Source: an uncultured Cytophagia bacterium
GTDB taxonomy: Bacteria > Zhuqueibacterota > Zhuqueibacteria > Thermofontimicrobiales > Thermofontimicrobiaceae
Assembly: GCA_964647995.1 (NCBI GenBank)
Contig: CAZYNP010000015.1
Coordinates: 6,108 to 70,107, forward strand
Length of the DNA: 64,000 nucleotides
Direction of reading: 5' to 3'
The notes below the pieces were generated by a model. That model was not told where the DNA came from, did no database searches, and worked only from the letters and a program-made list of their open reading frames with translations. Below are positions 51,551 to 60,607 of the stretch, piece after piece. Both the position numbers and the translations under genes were made by a program. The first letter of the stretch is position 1. The number at the start of each line of letters is the position of its first letter.

Positions 51551-53362
51551 ATGGGCAAGACCATCATTGAAAAGATCATGGCCGCGCACTCCAGCCAGCC
51601 GGTGCGCGTGGGAGAGATCCTGGATCTTCAGATTGATGTGCGAGTAGCACGAGATTTCGGCGGCGCGAATGTGATCCGACATATTCAGACCAATAATTTG
51701 CCAATCGATGATCCGACTAAGACTTTTTTCACATTCGACTGCAATCCCGGGGGCTCCAGCCAGAAATATGCCACCAATCAGCATCTTTGCCGCTTATTTG
51801 CGCGCGAGCATGGGATCAAGGTTTTCGATGTGGAGAGCGGCATCGGTACGCATGTGGTCATCGAGGAAGGGCTGATTGGACCCGGCGATACGTTTGTATC
51901 CACCGATTCCCATGCCAATATTATGGGCGCGATTGGTGCGTTTGGCCAGGGGATGGGGGATCAGGATATTGCCGCGGCGTGGGCTTTGGGTAAGGTGTGG
52001 TTCAAGGTGCCGCCCACGGTAAAAATTGTTTTGAAAGGTCAACCCGGCGAAGTGGCCTCGGCCAAGGATATTGCCCTGGCGATCTTGAAGGTCACTGGTG
52101 CCAATGGATTATTGGGCTATGCCGCTGAAGTGTATGGCGACATTGTGGAGCGGCTGGGGCTGGCAGAGCGCATTACCATTGCCTCCATGAACACCGAGAT
52201 GGGCGGAACCATCATGTTTTTTGCTCCGAATGAAGAAGTGCTCGATTTTTGCAGCCATGCCACCGGCCGCAAAGTAGTGCCGGTCCTGGCCGATGCCGAT
52301 GCTGTCTACGATCATGAATTGGTGATTGATATTGATGGTTTGGAACCGTTGATTGCGCAACCGGGCCATCCCGAAGATGTGGTTAAGTTGTGCGATATTG
52401 CCGATATAAAAATCGACTCGGCGTTTATTGGATCCTGTACCAATGGTCGATACGAGGATATGGTGGAAGCCGCGCGCGTGTTGAATCGGCGCAAGGTTGC
52501 TCCTGGTGTGGTGCTGAAAATTGTGCCGGCCACTAATTCTGTCTGGCGCCGCTGTCTCAGCGACGGTTTAATCGAGATTTTCAAAGAGGCGGGGGCGCTG
52601 GTGGGCAACGCCGGCTGCGCGGGCTGCGCCGATGGTCAAATTGGACAAAATGGCCCGGGCGAGATAACCATCAGCACCGGCAATCGCAACTTTACCGGCA
52701 AGCAAGGGCAGGGCAAGGTATATCTGGCCTCGCCGGCGACGGTGGCGGCTTCGGCGGTGGCTGGTGTCATCACTGCGGCCAAGCGAATCCCACGCCATCC
52801 GGCGCTGTTTCAAACCGGTATGTCCCGGCGTAAAGCTCGCACGATCCCGTCGGAGTCAGTGGTTACTGCCACCCGGCCTACTCAGATTACCGGCCGCGTC
52901 TGGGTGGTGCGACAGGACAATATTGATACGGATATGATCTTCCATAACCGACATCTGACCATTACTGCAATTGATCAAATGGGACAGTACACGTTTGGCA
53001 ATCTCTCGGGGTGGGAAGATTTTGCCCAAAAAGCCAGGCCAGGCGACATAGTGGTGGCCGGCAAAAATTTCGGCGCCGGCAGTTCTCGTCAACAGGCCGT
53101 GGATTGTTTTAAAAGTCTGGGCATTGCGCTGATTATTGCCGAGTCGTTCGGTGCGATCTATGAACGCAATGCCATCAATGCTGGCTTGCCGATCCTGACG
53201 GCCAGTCTCTCTCGCTCCGACATTGCAGATGGCGAGGAGATACAAGTTGATCTCATCACCGGCAAAATAAGGCGGGTCAAGAATGACGAAGTCATCGAGG
53301 GGCAGCCATTTTCGACCGTGCAAATGGAAATCTATCAGCGCGGCGGTCTGTTGAATTTTTAG
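51551..53362 (+). CDS. Aconitase-family hydro-lyase with fused large (LeuC-like) and small (LeuD-like) subunits
   Basis: The N-terminus MGKTIIEKIMAAHS... resembles archaeal-type LeuC/HacA. The C-terminal ~170 aa show LeuD motifs (VWVVRQDNIDTDMI..., VAGKNFGAGSSRQQAV) after a basic linker. Confidence 0.8.
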   Translation: MGKTIIEKIMAAHSSQPVRVGEILDLQIDVRVARDFGGANVIRHIQTNNLPIDDPTKTFFTFDCNPGGSSQKYATNQHLCRLFAREHGIKVFDVESGIGTHVVIEEGLIGPGDTFVSTDSHANIMGAIGAFGQGMGDQDIAAAWALGKVWFKVPPTVKIVLKGQPGEVASAKDIALAILKVTGANGLLGYAAEVYGDIVERLGLAERITIASMNTEMGGTIMFFAPNEEVLDFCSHATGRKVVPVLADADAVYDHELVIDIDGLEPLIAQPGHPEDVVKLCDIADIKIDSAFIGSCTNGRYEDMVEAARVLNRRKVAPGVVLKIVPATNSVWRRCLSDGLIEIFKEAGALVGNAGCAGCADGQIGQNGPGEITISTGNRNFTGKQGQGKVYLASPATVAASAVAGVITAAKRIPRHPALFQTGMSRRKARTIPSESVVTATRPTQITGRVWVVRQDNIDTDMIFHNRHLTITAIDQMGQYTFGNLSGWEDFAQKARPGDIVVAGKNFGAGSSRQQAVDCFKSLGIALIIAESFGAIYERNAINAGLPILTASLSRSDIADGEEIQVDLITGKIRRVKNDEVIEGQPFSTVQMEIYQRGGLLNF

Positions 53363-53448
53363 AATCATAGGCATTGGACGACGATCGGAGGTCATCGAAT
53401 CCTTTTTTATCTCCGGACATCAAATGATCACAGGAGGATAAAAAGACA

Positions 53449-53658
53449 GTGACAAAATCCGATCAAATAATCCAAAGATATTGTGGCTCAGTGGAAGAGC
53501 GGGTCGAGGCCTGCTGTGATGAGCAGGTGGCTGAATGCTTGAAGGAGAGCATTTATGCCCAACTTAAACAGAGCTGCGACAATGAAGAGATTATCCGATT
53601 TATTGGGCGTTACCTGGACAATCTGATCCAGGCGCGATTTGCCGGCAAGGAACAATAG
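53449..53658 (+). CDS. Small Cys-rich hypothetical protein (69 aa)
   Basis: Five Cys, including a CC pair; it sits immediately upstream of the DUF1858/OsmC genes. Confidence 0.3.
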   Translation: MTKSDQIIQRYCGSVEERVEACCDEQVAECLKESIYAQLKQSCDNEEIIRFIGRYLDNLIQARFAGKEQ

Positions 53659-53889
53659 GTGGCGGCGATGGCAACGATTAATGCTGATATTTTAATCGAA
53701 GAGCTGGTGGCAAAATATCCGGCGTCGGTGCCGTTTTTGCTTCAAAAGGGTATCCAATGTATTGTGTGCGGCGAGCCGATATGGGGCACGCTGGAAAATG
53801 CCATCAAAGAAAAAGGTTTTGCCGACGACGCAGCCGTGGCAATTGTCGATGAACTAAATCATTGGGTCAATTCCGAGGAACGAAAATGA
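53659..53889 (+). CDS. DUF1858-like small redox (CxxC) domain protein
   Basis: 76 aa. IEELVAKYPASVPFLLQKGIQCIVCGEP...LENAIKEKG...VDELN matches the DUF1858 pattern, which carries a CxxC motif. Confidence 0.5.
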   Translation: MAAMATINADILIEELVAKYPASVPFLLQKGIQCIVCGEPIWGTLENAIKEKGFADDAAVAIVDELNHWVNSEERK

Positions 53890-54311
53890 AGGCGACGATC
53901 AAACAGGTACGCGGGCTCACGCTCGTGGGGAAGGCCGGCTCCAATCATTGGGTGCCGATAGACACCGTGGAAGAACTGGAGGGGCAAAATGCGGGCACGA
54001 AACCGCTGGAACTGGTGCTGTTGGGTCTGGGAGGATGTACAGGGATGGATGTCATCTCGATTTTAAAAAAGATGCGTTCGCCCATCAAGGATTTTGAGAT
54101 GGAATTGGAAGCCGAACAGGCGCCGCAACATCCCAAAGTATTTACCCGCATCAAAATGAAATATATCTTCTATGGCGACAAAGAGCAAATAAAATCCAAA
54201 GACATCGAACGGGCGATCCAGTTGTCGGAGTCAACTTATTGTCCGGTTTCCAACATGCTGGGCAAAATATTGCCGATTACCAGAGAGTACGAAATCCGCG
54301 ATTTTAAATAA
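53877..54311 (+). CDS. OsmC/Ohr-family peroxiredoxin-like protein
   Basis: Start placed at MKATIKQ.... GLGGCTGMDVISILKKM and the second conserved Cys (STYCPVSN) are present. Confidence 0.75.
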   Translation, partial: GTKMKATIKQVRGLTLVGKAGSNHWVPIDTVEELEGQNAGTKPLELVLLGLGGCTGMDVISILKKMRSPIKDFEMELEAEQAPQHPKVFTRIKMKYIFYGDKEQIKSKDIERAIQLSESTYCPVSNMLGKILPITREYEIRDFK

Positions 54312-54465
54312 ACGACGCTATGCTCCCTGATCCTGGTGGCGGATGGGGTGATGAGTTTTGGGCGGTTCGACCGATGAGCAGCGGTGGGATTTCCACGCCG
54401 ACAACAAATAATGCTTGTGTTTTTCATCCTGATTTATTATCTTCAGGCCATCAAACGGAAATGGG

Positions 54466-55050
54466 ATGAAGATACGAGCTATGGAAATTTCAGAAAAAGA
54501 ATTAGTCGAACGGGCTAAAAATGGTGATCTTTCTGCGCAAGCCAAAATTGTGCTCAATCATGAAAAAATGGTTTACAATCTGGGACTAAAACTGTTGGGG
54601 AATGCGGAGCAGGCTGAATGTGTGTTGCAGGAGACATTTTTAAAGGTGCTGCAGGCATTGCCACAATTTGAGGAACGCTCCCAGCTTTCGACGTGGATCT
54701 ACCGCATTGCCACCAATCAGGCGTTGATGCGGCTGCGCAATCGCAAGCGTCAACAAGTTTCTTTCAATGATATGGCCAATGAGGATGGAGCAGATTATTC
54801 TGAGTTTGTTCGTTCGCTGGATGCCACGCCGCTGGACAATTTATTGAATCAGGAATTAAAAGAAAAGATGGAACGTGCCATCGAGAAATTGCCCGAAAAT
54901 TATAAAACCGTATTCGTTATGAAAGATATCGAGGGGCTGCCATTGAAGGAAATTGCGGATATTCTTGACCTCTCATTGCCCGCGGTAAAGTCAAATCTAC
55001 ACCGGGCCAGAGTGTTTTTAAGAAATCAATTAGCCGATATGTGGAACTGA
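54466..55050 (+). CDS. ECF-type RNA polymerase sigma-70 factor
   Basis: 194 aa with region 2 (YNLGLKLLGNAEQAECVLQETFLKV) and region 4 HTH (LKEIADILDLSLPAVKSNLHRAR). Confidence 0.85.
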   Translation: MKIRAMEISEKELVERAKNGDLSAQAKIVLNHEKMVYNLGLKLLGNAEQAECVLQETFLKVLQALPQFEERSQLSTWIYRIATNQALMRLRNRKRQQVSFNDMANEDGADYSEFVRSLDATPLDNLLNQELKEKMERAIEKLPENYKTVFVMKDIEGLPLKEIADILDLSLPAVKSNLHRARVFLRNQLADMWN

Positions 55051-55066
55051 GTGAGGAGGTGCGACC

Positions 55067-55300
55067 ATGGAATGCATGGAAAATATCCAGCAAATATGCG
55101 AAGCCCTGGGCGAGGACATCGATAGCCCATTGTGCAAGGAAATTCAGGAGCATCTTGACCAATGCCAAACCTGCTGCGCCGAAGTGGATTCCATTAAAAA
55201 AGTGGTTCACCTCTATCAGCGTCTGGGAGATGCCGATGTCCCCGAATCGGTGGATCAGCGGTTATGGAAAGTGCTGAATCTACCAAAACCAGCAGTTTAA
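55067..55300 (+). CDS. Putative zinc-binding anti-sigma factor (ZAS-type, soluble)
   Basis: 77 aa, 14 nt after the sigma gene, with HLDQCQTCC (Hx3Cx2C). There is no TM segment. Confidence 0.55.
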   Translation: MECMENIQQICEALGEDIDSPLCKEIQEHLDQCQTCCAEVDSIKKVVHLYQRLGDADVPESVDQRLWKVLNLPKPAV

Positions 55301-55377
55301 AGTAGCGGTTTGGTTCGTCTCGTTGGGCGTGCACCGTGATCCTCCGAAAAAAATAGGGCAAGAATCAAACTCCCGGG

Positions 55378-56064
55378 TTGATCAGCATGAAAGCGTTAGA
55401 AAAAAATCTGGCCGCCGTGATCGATCATACGCTGTTGAAACCAGACGCCACCGATGATCAAATTCGCCGGTTGTGCCAGGAGGCAATGGCTTATCATTTT
55501 GCTACGGTCTGTGTGCAGCCCTGCCATGTTCGTTTGGCGGCGGAATTGACTGTCGGATCGGGCGTCAAAGTTTGCTCGGTGGTGGGCTTTCCTTTGGGGG
55601 CAAATGTGACCGCCGTGAAGGTCGCAGAGGCACAGCGGGCAATCGATGATGGCGCGGCTGAGATCGACATGGTCATTCGGATTGGTGCACTGAAAAGCGG
55701 CGATGGGGCAACCGTGCTTGGCGACATTCAAGCCGTGGTTGATGTTTGCCATGAGCACCAGGCTATTTGCAAGGTGATTATCGAAACCGCATTGCTGACG
55801 GATGAGGAAAAAATTCAAGCCTGTGAACTGGTGCGTCAGGCAGGAGCAGATTTTGTTAAGACGTCGACCGGCTTTGGTCCTGGCGGTGCTACGGTGCAGG
55901 ACGTGGCGCTCATGAAGCGAGTCGTAGGCGGAAGCCCCGTGCAAGTGAAGGCTGCGGGAGGCATCCGTACCCTGGAAACGGCGCTGCAAATGATCGACGC
56001 TGGCGCTACACGGATTGGTACCAGTTCAGGGGTGGCCATTATTCAGGCTGCGAATCAGACTTGA
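55378..56064 (+). CDS. deoC: Deoxyribose-phosphate aldolase
   Basis: [15 protein letters not shown]... and the Schiff-base Lys context (DFVKTSTGF). Confidence 0.85.
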   Translation: MISMKALEKNLAAVIDHTLLKPDATDDQIRRLCQEAMAYHFATVCVQPCHVRLAAELTVGSGVKVCSVVGFPLGANVTAVKVAEAQRAIDDGAAEIDMVIRIGALKSGDGATVLGDIQAVVDVCHEHQAICKVIIETALLTDEEKIQACELVRQAGADFVKTSTGFGPGGATVQDVALMKRVVGGSPVQVKAAGGIRTLETALQMIDAGATRIGTSSGVAIIQAANQT

Positions 56065-56258
56065 TGCGATTGGGCTTGCAGTATCTGTCCGGGAGAGTTT
56101 ATCGGCGGCAGCTCAGGAGCCGTTACCAAATGGCAGCCGTGATCATTCAGCAGTGTGTTTGAGCCGTTGATGCTCATCATTTCAACTCTGGCGAAACTAA
56201 CTGTGGCAGCCTCGGAACCAGCCATAATGATGTCCCTATCATGAATTAAACAGCAGTT

Positions 56259-56822
56259 ATGAATACCCCCTTTTTAATTGGTGACAAAATCTATCTTCGC
56301 CCGATCTCGTTGGAAGATTCGGTGTTGTTGAGTCAGGGCGAGAACGATCCCCTGATTAGAGAAACGCTTTTCCTGGCCTTTCCCCTGGCTGTCTCGCAGG
56401 CAGAAGAAAAAATCCGGCAATACATCAATTCTCGCGAGGCCATTGTGCTGGTTATCGTTGAAAAGGATAGCGATCGATCGATCGGCCAAACCGCCTTTTT
56501 CCGACTTGATTATGTCAGTCGAGCCGCGGTTTTTTATCTTGCCATTCTTGATCCTTCATTTTGGTCGCGCGGACATGGTACCGAGGCCACTCAGCTTATG
56601 ATTGATTATGCGTTTGCCACGCTGAATCTCAATCGCATTCAATTGCATGTCTGTGCCGAAAACACGTCGGCGATTAAAATTTATCAGCGAGTGGGTTTCA
56701 TCAAAGAAGGCGTGCTGCGCCAGGCCATGTTTCGGAATAGCCATTATGCGGATTTCTGGGTAATGGGAATGCTTCGCAGCGATTGGCTGGCTCGAAAGGC
56801 CGAAGAGCGAAGAACAGAATGA
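56259..56822 (+). CDS. GNAT-family N-acetyltransferase (RimJ/RimL-like)
   Basis: 187 aa with acetyl-CoA binding motifs (RSIGQTAFF..., WSRGHGTEA). Confidence 0.65.
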   Translation: MNTPFLIGDKIYLRPISLEDSVLLSQGENDPLIRETLFLAFPLAVSQAEEKIRQYINSREAIVLVIVEKDSDRSIGQTAFFRLDYVSRAAVFYLAILDPSFWSRGHGTEATQLMIDYAFATLNLNRIQLHVCAENTSAIKIYQRVGFIKEGVLRQAMFRNSHYADFWVMGMLRSDWLARKAEERRTE

Positions 56823-56959
56823 AAAACAGGGGGGAATCAAGCCGATCCAATCCAATAGTTTTAACCTTCTGGAGTCCTGCGCGATAAATTTGCGGTCGTG
56901 CTTTCAATTTCATAACACGCATTGATCAACTTTAAAAATGTCAATTCAGGTGAGCGAAA

Positions 56960-57874
56960 ATGGCGGTTTACGCAGTAATTGATATTGGCACCAATGCGGT
57001 CAAATTTCACCTGGCGGAACGGATGCCAGGGGGGAAATGGCAAACCATTGCGGATCGCGGGGAAGTCACTCGCCTGGGGGCCGGGCTAAATCAGACCGGT
57101 CGACTCAGTGAGCAGGCCATGGTCCGAACGCTGGCGGTCATCACCGAAATGGTGCAGGAGGCGCGGGGCAGGGGTGCGCAGCAGATTCTGGCCATTGGGA
57201 CGATGGCGCTCCGCACGGCCAGCAACGCGCTGGATTTTGTTGAGCTGCTACGACGAACCTGTGAGCTTGAGGTAGAAATAATTTCGGGCGAAGCGGAAGC
57301 TCGCTTTTCATTTCTGGCGGTGCAATCCAGCCTGAACCTTGGCAGTGATGCGTTCGGGATATTTGATATCGGCGGCGGCAGCACGGAATTCATGTTAGTG
57401 CATCATGGCCGCCTGCAGCATCGAATGAGTTTGAATATCGGCGTGGTGCGACTGACCGAGGACATCCTGCGCTCAGATCCGGTGACCCCAGCCGAATGTG
57501 CCAGAACCATTCAGGAAATCGAAGCGGCATTTCAGAATCTTCCAACCACAAATCCGCTGTCAAAGCTCATTGGCGTGGGCGCCACCATGACCACCCTGGG
57601 CAGCATGAAGCATCATCTGAAAGTCTATGATGCCGAATTCATTCATGGCCAAAAATTAGCCGCAACCAATATTGCCGATCTGGTATCATTGCTGCAAGCG
57701 AAAACTATTGCCGAACGAAAACAGATAGTTGGCTTAGCGCCCAGCCGGGCCGATGTCATTCTGGCCGGTGCCCTGATGGTGCTGGTAATTATGAATAAAT
57801 TCCAACAGCCAGCGGTCATCATTAGCGATCGTGGGGTGCGGCATGGCGTGCTGTTCGATCGCTTTGGTTCATAA
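56960..57874 (+). CDS. Ppx/GppA-family phosphatase (exopolyphosphatase / guanosine pentaphosphate phosphohydrolase, short form)
   Basis: AVIDIGTNAVKF and DIGGGSTEF are the ASKHA-fold phosphate-binding motifs. Confidence 0.8.
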   Translation: MAVYAVIDIGTNAVKFHLAERMPGGKWQTIADRGEVTRLGAGLNQTGRLSEQAMVRTLAVITEMVQEARGRGAQQILAIGTMALRTASNALDFVELLRRTCELEVEIISGEAEARFSFLAVQSSLNLGSDAFGIFDIGGGSTEFMLVHHGRLQHRMSLNIGVVRLTEDILRSDPVTPAECARTIQEIEAAFQNLPTTNPLSKLIGVGATMTTLGSMKHHLKVYDAEFIHGQKLAATNIADLVSLLQAKTIAERKQIVGLAPSRADVILAGALMVLVIMNKFQQPAVIISDRGVRHGVLFDRFGS

Positions 57875-57944
57875 GCGCTGTGGCCGGCTTCATGGCAATG
57901 TAGCGGAATACCGGAGTACGGTCCCTCGAGCAAATAGAGTTCTC

Positions 57945-59225
57945 TCACGCTTCGTTTGCCACTTCTGCTAAGATGTACGGGCCTTTGGGAATCACGGCAA
58001 TGGTGGCATTTTTTCCATGGCGTCGTTGCGCCCGGCGAAGGCCCTGGGCGACGGAATCGATAGCCACCACGGGCATGTTCGCCTGGTCGGTGGCAGGAAT
58101 CCCCTCACTGAACAGATAGACCTCGGCTTTGCGGCAAGCCTTGGCTAACTCTTCCAGTTGCCACTGATCGATGACGAAAAAGTCATCCCGCCAGATCCTG
58201 TTCATGAATTCTTGCAAATCAGATGTCTCCCGGACCAATTGGCTGAATTCCGGGCTTCCCAGTCCCTCAGCACATTCAGCCGCTAGAATAATCGTTCCTC
58301 CCAATTTAACAATAGGCAACGCGGCGGTGACGCCTTTGATCGATTGATAAAAGGTGGCATCCAGCGGAAAACCTGCCGAAGTGGTGATGACAATATCTAC
58401 GGGTTGACGAACGGTGTCCCGCACATGAGATCGGACCTGCTCCACGCCTTGCTGGTGGGCTTGCTCCAGATCGCCGGCGAAAATACCGGTGATGCGCCGT
58501 TGCTCGTCCAGCGCCACGTTGACGATGAAGTCGACGCCTGCTGCGTGGGCAATTTCCAGGGCCTCTTCATGAAAAGGATTGCCGTTCAGCCGGCCCTCGC
58601 AGGCATGGACGTTTTCCAGGATGCGCGGACTATGCATGACCCGAATGGTATCCAGGCTGGCGATCCCGGGACAGATCAATTTCCTGCCGCCGGAGAACCC
58701 AGCCATCAGATGGGGTTCGATAAAACCGGTGGTGATTTTTAGATCCGCCTGAACATAGGTGCTATCCACCCAGATGGGTGTGCCGCGGGAGGTCGTCCCA
58801 AGATAGCTGTGGCTGGATCGCTGCCGAGCATCGTGATTGACAATGCGATAGTTCGCTGCAATCTCCGCGCCCACCAGATACTCCAGTTCTGCGCCCCAAT
58901 TGGGTCGATGCAGGCCGGTGGCGATGAGAATGGTAATATTCTTGCGCTCAATACCGTTAGCTTCCAGCAGCGAAAGGATCGGTGGTAAAATGGTTTTATT
59001 GGGCACAGGACGCGTAATATCGCAGATAACAATGCAGGCACTTTTGTGCTGCTGCGCCAGAATGGCCAGGGGCTTCGAAGCAATGGGCGATTGCAGCGCG
59101 CGGTTGACAGCTTCCATGGGCTGGATCAATGGTTCCCCCGATTTCATTTTCAAGACTTTTACCAGATTCCGCTCGGGTACATCGATCCATAACCCGGTTT
59201 TGCCATAATCTATTTGAACCTTCAT
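57945..59225 (-). CDS. LarA-family (DUF2088) nickel-pincer-cofactor-dependent racemase/epimerase homolog
   Basis: 426 aa. The N-terminus MKVQIDYGKTGLWIDVPERNL is typical of the lactate racemase N-terminal domain. Confidence 0.6.
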   Translation of the reverse strand: MKVQIDYGKTGLWIDVPERNLVKVLKMKSGEPLIQPMEAVNRALQSPIASKPLAILAQQHKSACIVICDITRPVPNKTILPPILSLLEANGIERKNITILIATGLHRPNWGAELEYLVGAEIAANYRIVNHDARQRSSHSYLGTTSRGTPIWVDSTYVQADLKITTGFIEPHLMAGFSGGRKLICPGIASLDTIRVMHSPRILENVHACEGRLNGNPFHEEALEIAHAAGVDFIVNVALDEQRRITGIFAGDLEQAHQQGVEQVRSHVRDTVRQPVDIVITTSAGFPLDATFYQSIKGVTAALPIVKLGGTIILAAECAEGLGSPEFSQLVRETSDLQEFMNRIWRDDFFVIDQWQLEELAKACRKAEVYLFSEGIPATDQANMPVVAIDSVAQGLRRAQRRHGKNATIAVIPKGPYILAEVANEA

Positions 59226-60607
59226 GACGCTGGCTCCCGAAAATATTTAATATGATTTCAATCGTTCAACGAAATCCGCATCAAAAAAATTAGATCATTT
59301 TTGTCCTGATGTGACCTGAAACCGCTATTAAAAGAGTTGCAGACCGAAACAATGCCGGCTCCTTTAGGCCGAATTAAGGTAAAAAGGGTTTTGCCGCTGA
59401 ATACACTCTTGTCCGAAATCGGTCGTTATTTTGGACCGCACCTGCTTCGTGATACAATAATAGGCATTTGCAGCGGAATCAAATAAACCCGAACAATCGA
59501 TCGCTTCATTTTTCACTATGTATGGTCACTCCTGTCCCAAATAGGATTTCCCGTTTGGCATTTGGGACAGCAGAATACAACAAGAATCTAATAGCGTTCA
59601 ATCGTTAGTGGAATGGGTTGGTTACCAAATACACCATTTCTTAATTTCTGGTAGAGTTATTAAAAGGTTTACAACTTAATCCCATTTTGCTGAAATATTC
59701 AAAGCGAGAAGCAATTGAATTCGTTGGACACGATTTTATTTCAATTACCAAAGTTCGGTTTAATGGACCAAATCCATTAGACCTTATTAACCTTAGTAGC
59801 ATAAGATGATCCACTGATGCTAAACCTTATTGGCTTATTTTTTTAAAGGAATATTCCCGATAAGGTAATAAGGTTCGGGCGGTCCTGGGTCGACCTGGTT
59901 ACTAAGGTTAATTTTTTTTCGGCCAGGGGAATGGATCAAATCCCATGAACCCTGCTGAATCTGGTACACTATTTCATAATTTTATGCGGGAGCATTTTAG
60001 GGTTATCACGATAACTCCATCGCACGAAGTTGACATAGTCAAAGCCAGCAGGAATTGATCCTGCTAAACGGGATGTTTCTTTTAATAGTCGGACGTTTGC
60101 AAACCCTAAACGGATTTTTGAAATCAAGCACTGAGGTTAATCAGGTTCTCTGAGTTGGTCTGGTTCGTAGCCTGATTAAAACCTCAGTAACATATCAAAA
60201 TCCTTGAGAGCTGAAGCCTTATTACCTTCGCTCTTGTTCTTCTCATTGAGCATTATGGACAGCCGTGAACTGAATCAGTAACCAACCACAACGCTAATAA
60301 AACACCGGGCTGGCCCCCAAAAATTGCCATCGGTGATCGAAAATGGATGCCTGCGACAAAAATGCTGGTTGCCATCGCTTGCATTCTTCCCTCCGGATGG
60401 CTCGCTGCTGCGCAGGACAATAGGCCGTGCGTTCAGGATATCTGCTAATCGGTGGCCCATAACGGTAAAAATACCAGAAGGAGGACCAGGCCATAGCCAA
60501 TTGGTTCGGAAAACATGACGTTCGAGGTCGATGGTTCCGCCAATCGATTGCTGCGCAGACTGATTCTACCGTCCAGCGCCGGACACCTATAGGCCCGCAA
60601 TTGGCCA

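Noticed and set aside
59230-60600. Possible CRISPR array or tRNA/tmRNA genes in the ORF-free region
   Set aside because: No regularly spaced direct repeats are present, and no cloverleaf-compatible segments (T-arm GGTTCGAATCC-like with a 7-nt loop, CCA-adjacent acceptor pairing) were found by eye. The only structures seen are isolated hairpins.
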